A program made the translations under genes and the position numbers. A DNA stretch of 16,956 nucleotides from Armatimonadota bacterium (lineage in GTDB: Bacteria; Armatimonadota; Zipacnadia; Zipacnadales; UBA5352), in contig JAYENL010000327.1 in NCBI GenBank assembly GCA_034722055.1, positions 1 to 16,956 on the forward strand. The letters run 5' to 3'. Below, piece after piece: positions 1 to 8,900 of this stretch; the stretch's first letter is position 1, and every line of letters starts with the position of its first letter. Below the pieces are notes generated by a model. That model ran no database searches. It was given only the letters and a program-made list of their open reading frames with translations, and had not been told where the DNA came from.

Positions 1-44
1 ATTGTGGAAGTGTTCTTGTGGACGTCCATGGCTACCAGCGTCAT
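1..44 (-). CDS. N-terminal fragment of a probable IS110-family (DEDD/RuvC-like) transposase/recombinase, running off the left edge
   Basis: Not in the ORF track. ATG at 44 on the minus strand reads MTLVAMDVHKNTST(I/M), matching the IS110 N-terminal motif hydrophobic-G/A-x-D-V-H-K, which holds the first catalytic Asp. An SD-like AAAGGCGG lies upstream at 60-53. Only about 15 codons are visible. Confidence 0.7.
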   Translation of the reverse strand, partial: MTLVAMDVHKNTST

Positions 45-120
45 CTTTCGGTCCGCCTTTCTGGAGAATGGTTTGTACTCAACGATCTATTCCCCAAACG
101 GCGGACCGTTTCATTCTAGC
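1..120 (-). mobile_element. Left end of a probable IS110-family insertion sequence (boundary approximate, ~120)
   Basis: Lower GC than the rest of the window, the DVHK-motif ORF start, a long upstream hairpin (cggtccgcc 49-57 / ggcggaccg 100-108, extended by G-U pairs on the minus strand), and a -10-like TAGAAT at 118-113 with no obvious -35. This fits IS110 elements whose promoter is completed at the circle junction. Confidence 0.6.
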
Positions 121-128
121 CCCTCCGT

Positions 129-147
129 GAGACTGCATGGCAGTCTC
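129..147. repeat. Perfect 8-bp inverted repeat (gagactgc-atg-gcagtctc)
   Basis: Read directly from the sequence. It lies about 10 bp outside the inferred IS end and downstream of the BNR-protein gene. Confidence 0.8.
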
Positions 148-220
148 CAACAGGATCGCCGGTCGCCACGATGTGGCTAAAGGCTATGCGCCAAGTTGAG
201 GGTGCCCGCGCCCTGGCACG

Positions 221-253
221 AAACTGAATGGAGCGGGGCTACTCGCCCGCTCC
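221..253 (-). terminator. Possible intrinsic terminator overlapping the stop codon of the BNR gene
   Basis: 8-bp perfect stem ggagcggg (230-237) / cccgctcc (246-253), followed on the minus strand by ATTCAGTTT, which is only a weak U tract. Confidence 0.3.
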
Positions 254-1933
254 CTCATCGTCGGCGGCCTCGCTCGCTGGCGGCGGCATCCAGTTCGTCC
301 CCGCGATGTGAGTCACATTCTCCTCATCGTTGATGTAGTAAATGGTGAAAACATGCCCGTCCTGGAGCTGCATGGAGATGGGGTAGCCGTTATCGCCGCC
401 GTTGCCCTGGCCGTCGGCGCGCAGGACGATCTCGTTCTCATGGTCCCAGGTGTGTCCGCCGTCCTCACTCAGCACCGCCCGCACGCCCATGGCGTCCCGC
501 CGGTAGCCGTAGGTGCACAACATCCGACCGTCCTCGAGCAGCAGCAGGTTGCTGGGGTAGCCCCAGATCCCCGAGTCCATGGGCGGGCTCCACGTCCTCC
601 CGCCGTCGGAGGAGAAGCACTGGTAGGAGTTGTACTTGCCGCCATGGCCGCTGCGCATCATGCACGCGATCTCGCCCCGGCCGTTGGCGCAGATGGCGGC
701 CTCGCCGAACTCAATCTCGCCCATGGGAGGCGCCACCTCCACCACCTCCCACGTCTCGCCATTATCCTCCGAGCGGATGGCCCACACGCCCATGCGCCCG
801 TCGGCCTCGAAGCAGTAGATGGCGGTCATCCACAGATCGCCCTCGTGCAGGAAGGCGCTCGAGAGGTGGTATCCCATGCTGCCACCGGGCAGGGGCGAGT
901 CCAGCTCGATCAGCTTCGCCTCGCCGTCCGGCGGCTCGATGCGCACCCGCGGATCGCCCAGATACGCGATGGTCCCCTCCCTGGCGTGCATCCACTTCCG
1001 GCCGCGCTCCTTGATCTCGGGAAGCTGCTCCTCCGGGACGTAGATCCACCCCCGTGCGTGGGGGGTGATGACGGTGCCGTCCTCGCGCACCCGCCTGGGA
1101 TCGGTGAACATCTCGTCGGTCAGCTCCCACGTGTAGCCGCCATCGGACGAGATGGCGCCGCTGGAGCCGCCCGTGTTGTCGATGTGCGACCGCCACACAC
1201 GGGTGCCGAAGCGCGTCCAGAGCCGCCCGTCCTCCAGCCGGTACAGCGACGGGAAGCAGGCATAAACGCCCGCCTTGCGGTAGATGACCACGTGCTCGGC
1301 GTCCTCGTAGGGCTCGACGGGGATGATCCACGACATGTAGCGCACGCCCTTCCAATAGGCCTCGCCAGTATCGGGGCTGGTGATGGAGCCAAAGGTGACG
1401 GTCCGCCGCCCCTGGTGGGCCTCGTGGAGGAACTCGCCCCAGCCGTCGATGGCAAGCTCGCCATCGACCCACACCTCGATGTTGATCCCGGCGATGCGGA
1501 TCTGATAGGTGTGGAAGCCATCGGTGGTGTCCATCTCGTACGAGAGGCCGGAGTTATTCAGCTCGACGCGGTCGGGGTAGAAGGTGAGGCAGTCCTCGTG
1601 CACGCCGTCGGCGACGAGGATGGAGCTGGCCGACCGGCCGCTGCAGGAGACCGCCCTGACCGTGGCCTCCACGATCCCGCCTCGCTCCGGCCGGGCGCCC
1701 CAGCTTCGTCCGTAGCACCGGAGCTGGGTGTGCTCGGTGCCCTCATCGACGATGCGCAGTCCCTCATCGGTGAGCTCCGCGCGGGTGTTCTCGCCCTCGC
1801 TCCCGCCCCATCCTGCCTCCGTCGGCAGCACATCGACGGTGTATTCGTGCTCCCACTCCAGCGCCTCGCTGCGGAGCTGGCCGTAGGCGCAGAGGCACAG
1901 AAGCATCAGCAGACCGGCGATCGCAAACCTCAC
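239..1933 (-). CDS. Secreted BNR/Asp-box beta-propeller protein (sialidase-like, GH33-related) with an N-terminal concanavalin A/LamG-like domain
   Basis: GTG start with AGGAGG 7 nt upstream; signal peptide MRFAIAGLLMLLCLCAYG; four Asp boxes (SSDGGYTW, SEDNGETW, SSDGGRTW, SEDGGHTW); C-terminal DNGYP blade motif; N-terminal half contains FHTYQIRI...IEVWVDG, typical of LamG/ConA beta-sandwiches. Confidence 0.85.
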   Translation of the reverse strand: MRFAIAGLLMLLCLCAYGQLRSEALEWEHEYTVDVLPTEAGWGGSEGENTRAELTDEGLRIVDEGTEHTQLRCYGRSWGARPERGGIVEATVRAVSCSGRSASSILVADGVHEDCLTFYPDRVELNNSGLSYEMDTTDGFHTYQIRIAGINIEVWVDGELAIDGWGEFLHEAHQGRRTVTFGSITSPDTGEAYWKGVRYMSWIIPVEPYEDAEHVVIYRKAGVYACFPSLYRLEDGRLWTRFGTRVWRSHIDNTGGSSGAISSDGGYTWELTDEMFTDPRRVREDGTVITPHARGWIYVPEEQLPEIKERGRKWMHAREGTIAYLGDPRVRIEPPDGEAKLIELDSPLPGGSMGYHLSSAFLHEGDLWMTAIYCFEADGRMGVWAIRSEDNGETWEVVEVAPPMGEIEFGEAAICANGRGEIACMMRSGHGGKYNSYQCFSSDGGRTWSPPMDSGIWGYPSNLLLLEDGRMLCTYGYRRDAMGVRAVLSEDGGHTWDHENEIVLRADGQGNGGDNGYPISMQLQDGHVFTIYYINDEENVTHIAGTNWMPPPASEAADDEGAGE

Positions 1934-1980
1934 GTTGCGTCCTCCTTCTGGGACGGACCCGACCCTTCACGCAGCGCACC

Positions 1981-4416
1981 TCACCCCTCGCCTGGCCGGC
2001 CGACCGCCTCCATGGTGGTGGCGTCGCGCGCCAGCTCCACCGTCACCTGCTCGCCGTCGCGCACGGTCAGCACCAGCGTCCGGGCGTCGGTTCGCAGCTC
2101 GCGGCCGTCAGGCAGCGGCACGGTCATCTCGCTCTCCCCGCGGTTGAATGCCACCACGGTCTCGCCCACCCGCACCGCGTCGATGCCCTCCGCGGACAGG
2201 TCCACTACCTCAGGCGGCTCATCGCCCGCATCACCGATGAGCATCGGCACCAGGAAGGTCGTCTCCTGGACGGGCCCGGACCTCAGCTCCAGCAGCCCGA
2301 TCTCGGCATCCTCATCCGGCGTGTGATCGCGCGTGGGGTGCACGTAGTCGGGCAGGTAGCGCCCGCTCTCGGCCTCATACTCCCCGGGCTGCAGCGGCAT
2401 GACGCCGAGCTGAGCCTCGCCGCGGCTGATGCGCCAGCCCCCGGCGACCTCCTCAGCCTGCCCAATGTGGTGCAGCAGCCACGAGAAGGTCCGCGGCTGA
2501 TTCGCGGCCAGGCGGTCGTGGCAGACGGCCAGGTCGCGGCCCGCCAGCACGAAGGTGCGGTCGAAGCGCGTCAGGCCCAGCTCCTCAGGGTAGGCCGAGG
2601 AGGGGTCAGCCTCGATGATGGTGACGCCGCCCTCGGTGGCGAAGCCAGTGATCGTGGCGCGGCCCGGCTTCGGCCCCGGCCACATCTCGCCGTCGCCGTA
2701 CTGGCCCTGACCGTCCACGAGGATGGTGTTGTGGTTGCGCGTCATCTTCTCGTAGGTGTAGCCGGGATCGTGCGCCAGCACCTCGCCGCGGCCAAAGAGC
2801 ACGAAGTGCCCCTGCTCGGGGTGATTGTGGCCGGTGCCGCCCAGCCCGTAGCGGGCGCACAGCTCCGCCCACAGATGCCCGCCCAGCGGCCGGCTGACCA
2901 GGACGGCGTAGCTGGCGCCATCCCTCCAGGAGCTGCGGGCGAAGGCCGTCTCGATGTCCGGGTAGTACTGGGCCACGGGCACCGCCGCGGTGGGACTCTG
3001 TGGCTCGAGGCTCTCATCCAGCCACAGGAGGTTGTAGGCTGTGCTGCTCGGCCCTCCGTTGAGCACCTCCGCGATCCCCTGCACCACCGGGTCCTGGTAG
3101 CGCTTCGCCTCCCACAGGATCAGCCGAATGGGCGGTCCGCCCTTCGGGACCGTGGTGTCCTCCAGCGTCGCACTGTGGCGCAGCCCCGGGTACACGTGGT
3201 GGAAGCGGAAGACGGCCTGGCCGTGCAGCCCCTGGTCGGCCCACGGCACCTGCAGGCCGGTGACCTGCTCGTAGAGGTCCACGAGCATGTAGAGGGTGGG
3301 CATCGAGAAGTCCCAGTAGGCGGGGCCCTCGTGGAAGCCACCGTCGGGGCTGAAGGTGATGAAGATCCGCTCCGTCCGGTCCCACGCCCACGCCAGCCAC
3401 TCACGGGCCTCTGGGACCTCGCCGTAGACCGCGGCGCTTGCCAGCACCAGCGACAGGTGCGCGAACCAGTAGTGGTTCTGCTGGAAGCTCAAGCCACCGC
3501 CGGTGCGGCCGTTCAGCGACAGCTCGTAGACATGCCGGGCCTGGCGGCTGAAGAGCTCCCGCAGGTCCGCGCGCAGGTCCTCGGGGATGTCCTGATAGAT
3601 CCAGTCGTAGGTCAGTGCCACGCCCTCCATGAAGTACTCCGCGTCCAGGTCGGCGCCCACGTGCGGGTAGGTGGCGGCCATCTCCAGCCACACCAGCAGG
3701 CGGTCGAGCTTCTCCTGACTCGGCTCCAGCACGTGCGAGAGCGCGTAGGTCGGCAGCCGCCGGAAGGCCCCACCGTTACGCTGGCCCGGTTTGAACTGGG
3801 GCGGATCGCGGTCCAGCGGCCCGGCCGGGCTGTAGTACTGCTGCACGACCGGATCCTGCAGCCGCGCCCGCATCCGATCGATGTCATCCGCAGTAAAGAA
3901 CATGCGCGGGTGCTGGTCCGCGAGCTCCGGCAGCATCGGCTCTCGCGGGACCTCCAGAACGTTGCGCCGCAGAGACACGCTGCGGAGCGTGCAGCCGGGG
4001 CCCTCCCGAAGGATGAGACGAACGCTGTGCTGGCCGGGCTCGCGAATGACCGCCGGCCCGGCGCGCCGGTCCATGGACTCCCGGGGCAGGGTCAGCGGGG
4101 CGTCGCCCTGCTCGCCATCTACGACGACCCAGAACGAGTCCGTGCCCTTGTTGGGCGCGCTGGCCTCCACCACCACGCTGTACTCGCCGGCCGCCAGCTC
4201 ACGCTGTATCTCCACGTAGAAGTCGCTGTCCGTCGCCACCACCACGGGCTGGCCGTCACGCTCCTGCAGCTCCATCCCCTCGCCATGCTCCAGCAGATCC
4301 TCGCCCGCCACCTCCACGACCGGCTCGGTTCCCAGGATCGGCGTGTCCGTCAGATGCTCGATGTCCACGCCCGAGAACGGTCCCACGACCAGTGCGGCCA
4401 GCAGCATCTCACGCAT
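1981..4416 (-). CDS. Heparinase II/III-like polysaccharide lyase (DUF4962-type alpha/alpha toroid plus Hepar_II_III domain) with a small N-terminal beta-sandwich
   Basis: ATG with GGAGGG upstream; motifs HPRMFFT, QQNHYW, DGGFHEGPAYW, RSSW, GHNHPEQGHF..GRGEVLAHDPG and HNTILVDGQGQ, all characteristic of heparinase II/III and oligo-alginate-lyase-like proteins. 47 bp upstream of the BNR gene and probably co-transcribed with it. Confidence 0.88.
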   Translation of the reverse strand: MREMLLAALVVGPFSGVDIEHLTDTPILGTEPVVEVAGEDLLEHGEGMELQERDGQPVVVATDSDFYVEIQRELAAGEYSVVVEASAPNKGTDSFWVVVDGEQGDAPLTLPRESMDRRAGPAVIREPGQHSVRLILREGPGCTLRSVSLRRNVLEVPREPMLPELADQHPRMFFTADDIDRMRARLQDPVVQQYYSPAGPLDRDPPQFKPGQRNGGAFRRLPTYALSHVLEPSQEKLDRLLVWLEMAATYPHVGADLDAEYFMEGVALTYDWIYQDIPEDLRADLRELFSRQARHVYELSLNGRTGGGLSFQQNHYWFAHLSLVLASAAVYGEVPEAREWLAWAWDRTERIFITFSPDGGFHEGPAYWDFSMPTLYMLVDLYEQVTGLQVPWADQGLHGQAVFRFHHVYPGLRHSATLEDTTVPKGGPPIRLILWEAKRYQDPVVQGIAEVLNGGPSSTAYNLLWLDESLEPQSPTAAVPVAQYYPDIETAFARSSWRDGASYAVLVSRPLGGHLWAELCARYGLGGTGHNHPEQGHFVLFGRGEVLAHDPGYTYEKMTRNHNTILVDGQGQYGDGEMWPGPKPGRATITGFATEGGVTIIEADPSSAYPEELGLTRFDRTFVLAGRDLAVCHDRLAANQPRTFSWLLHHIGQAEEVAGGWRISRGEAQLGVMPLQPGEYEAESGRYLPDYVHPTRDHTPDEDAEIGLLELRSGPVQETTFLVPMLIGDAGDEPPEVVDLSAEGIDAVRVGETVVAFNRGESEMTVPLPDGRELRTDARTLVLTVRDGEQVTVELARDATTMEAVGRPGEG

Positions 4417-4526
4417 TGTCAGCCCTCCAGTGTGACCTGCGCTCAGAGCATGGGGGTGCGCAGATCATGTTGGCGAGTGGATGGTGGCGGGGGATTCCTC
4501 GCCTGAGGCGTTAGCCCCTTCGTCGC

Positions 4527-5612
4527 TCAGCGCCCCGCCTGCGCGGCGACGTCATCGGCGACGGGCTCACCGCCGGTGCAGAGCAGTCCTGCGGCGAGCG
4601 CCTCGTCCTGGCGCAGCGCCGCCTTCACTCCAAGCTTCGCGAGCTTCAGGGCGTAGGGCAGCGTGGCGTGCGCCAACGCCAGCGTGGCCGTCCGGGGGAC
4701 CACGCCGGGGATGTTCGGCACCACGTAGTGGATAACGCCCTCCTCAACAAAGGTGGGCTGGGAGTGGGTGGTCCTGCGCAGCGAGGTCTCGATGGCGCCG
4801 CGCGGCTCTGCGGTGACGTCGATGATCACCGCCCCGTCGGGCATGCTGCGGACCATCTGGCGGGTCACCACGTGCGCCTGTGCATCCTGCAGGATCGTGG
4901 TGCCATTGACGAGCAGCCAGGCGCGGCTCAGCGCGGCGGCAATGGCGTCGGGCTCCGGGGCGGCGACGGGTGCGTCGGGCAGCAGATTCTGGAGCTGCGC
5001 GCGGCGCCGGCCGCGCAGCTCAAAGATCGTCGCTGCCGCGCCCAGGCCCAGCGCCGAGCGCGCCGCCCACTCCCCTACCGTGCCTCCGCCGATGACCACC
5101 ACCTCCGCCTGGCCGGCGCCGGGAATCTCCCCCAGCATCACGCCCGGGCCGCCGTGAACCGTCTGCAAGAGCTGTGCGCCGATCATCACCGCCATCTGCC
5201 CCGCAATGCGGCTCATCGGCTCCAGCAGCGGCAGCGAGCCGTTGGGCAGCCGCACGCGCTCGAAGGAGATGACGGTCATCTCGCTCTCCAGGAAGGCCGC
5301 CACCAGCCACGGGCGAGTCTCGGTGTGCGTGTATGAGAACAGCGCCGCTCCGCGCGGGAACAGCTTACACTCCTCCTCCGTGGGCTGCTTGACCTTGAGC
5401 ACCAGGTCGCCGACGGACCAGGTGCCGGCGGCATCGGCGGCGATGGTGGCGCCCGCCTCGCGGTACTCCCGGTCCGGGAAGCCGGCGCCCGCGCCGGCCG
5501 AGGCCTGGACGATGACCGCGTGTCCGGCATCGGCGAGGCGCCTGACGCCCTCCGGCGTGGCGCCTACGCGCATCTCGTTGTCCTGCACTTCCCTGGGGAT
5601 CGCGATCCTCAT
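4527..5612 (-). CDS. ald: Alanine dehydrogenase-family NAD-dependent oxidoreductase (divergent), 361 aa
   Basis: Start reassigned from 5738 to ATG 5612 (GGGAGG 8 nt upstream). MRIAIPREVQDNEMRVGATPEGV, LVLKVKQP, LPLLEPMSRIAG, Rossmann VVVIGGGTVG, TTHSQPTF and HYVVPNIPGVVPRTATLAL all match the AlaDH/PNT fold. Confidence 0.8.
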   Translation of the reverse strand: MRIAIPREVQDNEMRVGATPEGVRRLADAGHAVIVQASAGAGAGFPDREYREAGATIAADAAGTWSVGDLVLKVKQPTEEECKLFPRGAALFSYTHTETRPWLVAAFLESEMTVISFERVRLPNGSLPLLEPMSRIAGQMAVMIGAQLLQTVHGGPGVMLGEIPGAGQAEVVVIGGGTVGEWAARSALGLGAAATIFELRGRRRAQLQNLLPDAPVAAPEPDAIAAALSRAWLLVNGTTILQDAQAHVVTRQMVRSMPDGAVIIDVTAEPRGAIETSLRRTTHSQPTFVEEGVIHYVVPNIPGVVPRTATLALAHATLPYALKLAKLGVKAALRQDEALAAGLLCTGGEPVADDVAAQAGR

Positions 5613-5655
5613 CGGGCATGCCTCCCGCCGGCGTCTCGTCCCGGCCCTGGCGGTC

Positions 5656-5684
5656 AGTGTACCCCCGGCCCGCCGGGCGGTCAA
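5656..5684 (-). promoter_or_regulatory. Sigma70-type promoter for the ald-like gene
   Basis: Minus strand TTGACC (5684-5679), exactly 17 bp spacer, TACACT (5661-5656); the -10 ends about 44 bp upstream of ATG 5612. Its position supports the reassigned start. Confidence 0.7.
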
Positions 5685-5969
5685 CACATGACACAACGCT
5701 GCGGGCCTGGCCGGGACCCACTCGCTGATGGCAAGCATCCGCGCTGAGGTCCTGGCGCGGCGCGCGGCGAAGAGGATGTGCCGCGCGTCCGGCGAAACAA
5801 CCTTAGGCCGAGAGGGAGTTTCCTGTGCCAGATGCAGAGACCAGGATCGCGGAGATCACGACGGATGCCCTGTTCGCCATGCGCCTTGGCGAGCATCACT
5901 ACGAGATCACCGAGCGCGGCATCGTGCCTCATCCGTAGCCGCGCGGCGGCGACACAAAGGGAGATTGAC

Positions 5970-8900
5970 ATGCATCGCTTGACGCGAATCAACGGCCAAC
6001 ACATGCTCCGTATCACCGGCCTGACGGCGCTGTGCGCGCTGGTGGCGGTGGGCGCCTTCGGGCAGGAGGAGAGACAGACCACTATGCTCCACGACTGTGA
6101 CTCGCTGGAGGGCATCAGCGTCTCCGGCGGCGCCGACTGGCCGGAGACGACGCTGGAGCTTAGCACCGACGAGCAGTACGTGTCCCAGGGTGAGGCCAGC
6201 GTGCATCTGTCCGGAGTCTCGCCGGCCGACGCCACCGGGAACTCGTACCTGTCGGTGGACTTCGACCTCGGGGGCGTGGACCTGACACGCAAGGCCATCC
6301 TCTTCGATATCTGGACGGGCGTCCCCGAGAACACCCAGGCCCTCTATGTCCGCGCCTACAACGCCGGCGGCCAGTGCGTGCTCAGCTACCTCAACTGGAG
6401 CAGCCCCATCAGCGGCGAGCGCACCACGGTGGAGCTGGTGAGGAGCTTCAGCGACGTGCTGGCCTGGGAGCAGAAGATGGTGGAGAGCGACGACCTCAGC
6501 AACGTCGCCAGGCTCCGCTTCTACATCGGCACCCACGGCAAGGGCGTGCCCTTCAACTGCTACATCGACAACATCCGCATGACGACCAGCGACATCCGCA
6601 GCTTCATGGACGTGGATGAGGCCAAGCCGAGCGTCCGGCGGACTCCCATCGTGGAGGACGGGGAGCCGCGGGCGATCATCGTGGCGCCGGCCGATAACGA
6701 GTGGGGGGCGGTGGCCGCCGAGGTGCGGGCGATGGTCCGCGACCTCACCGGCGCCGAGCTGCCTATCGCCTCCGCGGACGACATCGATGATGAGGCGTTG
6801 CGCGCGCAGACCGCCATCGTGGTCGGCAACGTCGTGGCCAACCCCCGGATGCTCTACCTCTACTCGCACGGCTACCTCTTCGCCGATGACGTCTACCCCG
6901 GCGACGGCGGCTACGAGGTGCGCACGGTGCACGATCCCTGGGGGACGGACAGCAACGCGCTCTCCATCGGCGCCAGCGATCCGGCGGGCGCCAGGGCGGG
7001 CATCACCGCCCTCCGCGAGCGGCTTGAGGCCGGCGATGACCTGGTGCTGGAGGAGCCGCTGCTGCTGGTTGAGCTCTCGGACGATGCCACGCAGCGGTGG
7101 GGCCGGGCCTTCCAGGTCGAGCCTGATGACGAGTGGCTCGAGAACCTGAAGGAGCAGGCCGAGCGCGATCTGGAGACCGGCCGGCACACGGGCCTGTTCG
7201 GGCGCGCCGCCTCGGTCGGCCTCGACTACCAGCTCACGCGCAAGGACGGCTATGCCCGCGGCTTCGTGTGGCTGCTGCAGCGCGCCAAGGAGCACCGCGA
7301 CACCGATCCGCAGACCTACGGTGGCCCGTGGGGCATGGACTCGGACTTCCGGGCGTACATGGTGCTCCCGGCCTGGGACGTCGTGGAGGAATCGCCGGCG
7401 CTGACGGATGAGGAGCGCCTGACGGCCACGCGCGTGCTGTTTCAGTGGATGCAGGAGGCAGTGGTGCCGTCTGCCGCCGGCACCGTCGGCAGCACCCGCG
7501 TCCGCCACAACCACCAGACCTTCCCGGCCCTGGGCTGCATGTTCGCCGGCGAGTACTTCCAGAAGCACTACCAGGCCGGCGAGGGCAGGCGGTGGCTGAC
7601 CATCGCGGACAAGTGCTTCCAGTTCCAGGCCCAGGCCTTCAAGCCGCACGAGGACTGCAACGGCTACCAGTGGCTGACGCTGTATCACACCCTGGCCTAC
7701 TGCCTGGCCCGCCCCCACTTCGAGTACTTCGACAACGGAAACGCCGCCCGCGACGCCGACTACGCCATCATGGGCATGGACAACCTCGCCTACCAGGTGA
7801 CCTACGGTGATACCGGCGCCTACACCGGCTGGTGGTCCGAGATGCCCTTCCTGCACGGCGCGGAGTTCTACTACCGCGACGGCCGCTACGCCTGGGCCAT
7901 CAACAAGAAGCACGAGGTCTCCGGGCGACTCAGCACCGGATGGTACGCCACTGACAGCGAGCCGACCGTGCCGGAGGACCTGATCGGGGCCAAGGCCTTC
8001 CCGCTCGACCCGCACTACTACCAGTCCCACGGCCCCGCGGAGGACCTGCCGGTGGAGCAGACCGTGGACAAGGTGGTCTTCCGCAACGGCTTCGATCCCC
8101 AGGACCAGTACCTGCTGCTCGACGGGCTCAACAACGGCGGCCACCACCACTACGACGGCAACTCCATCTCCCGCATGACCGCCAACGGCCGCATCTGGAT
8201 CGCCGACGCCTCCTACATGGCCTCGCTGCCCAAGTACCACTCCACCGCGCTGATCTTGCGCGACGGCCAGTCCGAGGCCCTGCCAAGCTACTGCCAGATG
8301 GAGCACATGCGCGACCTGCCCAGCGTGGGCTTCTCGGAGACCGCGCTGACCGACTACGCGGGCATGGACTGGCACCGCAACATCTTCTGGCTCAAGGGCG
8401 AGTGGTTCCTGGTCGCCGACGAGATGCAGGCCCGGGAGGCCGGCGACTACAGCGTCCGAATGCTCTGGCACACCATCGGCGACGTGGAGCTGGGCGAGGA
8501 CGGCCTCTCCGTGGAGCAGCAGGGGCAGCATTGCGCCATCCGCATGACGCCGGAGCTGCGCCTGATGCTCGAGCACGATGAGGAGTACGGGGCCAACTGG
8601 GGCGGCTACGAGTTCATCGACGAGGCCGTGGTGCACAAGATGACCGGCATCTGGAACGGGCGGCTGGAGGAGGGCGAGCAGGTCACCCTGTTCACGCTCC
8701 TGCATCCCTCCGGCGAGCAGCCCTCCGCTCTGCATCTCACGCGCCTGGGGCCGAACCAGGTGGCAGTCACCGGAGAGGGCGCTGACCCCACGATCGTCGC
8801 CGTCGGCGGCCCCGATGAGCGCATCTCGCTGGCCGGCCAGGCGCGCATCCGCGGTCACGCAGCGGTGCTGCGGCCCGGACTGCTGGCGCTGCTGGACGCC

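Noticed and set aside
214..229. TGGCACG resembling a sigma54 -24 box
   Set aside because: The -12 element reads TGAA rather than TTGC, and it points antisense into a gene end.
4433..4467. 10-bp stem-loop upstream of the lyase gene RBS
   Set aside because: No U tract or riboswitch motif, and such stems arise readily by chance at this GC content.
5613..5969. N-terminal extensions in the ORF track for the ald-like gene (to 5738) and the giant protein (from 5778)
   Set aside because: The extensions are low-complexity and Arg-rich. Downstream starts have SD sequences and coincide with the family N-terminus or signal peptide, and a sigma70 promoter lies inside the ald extension.
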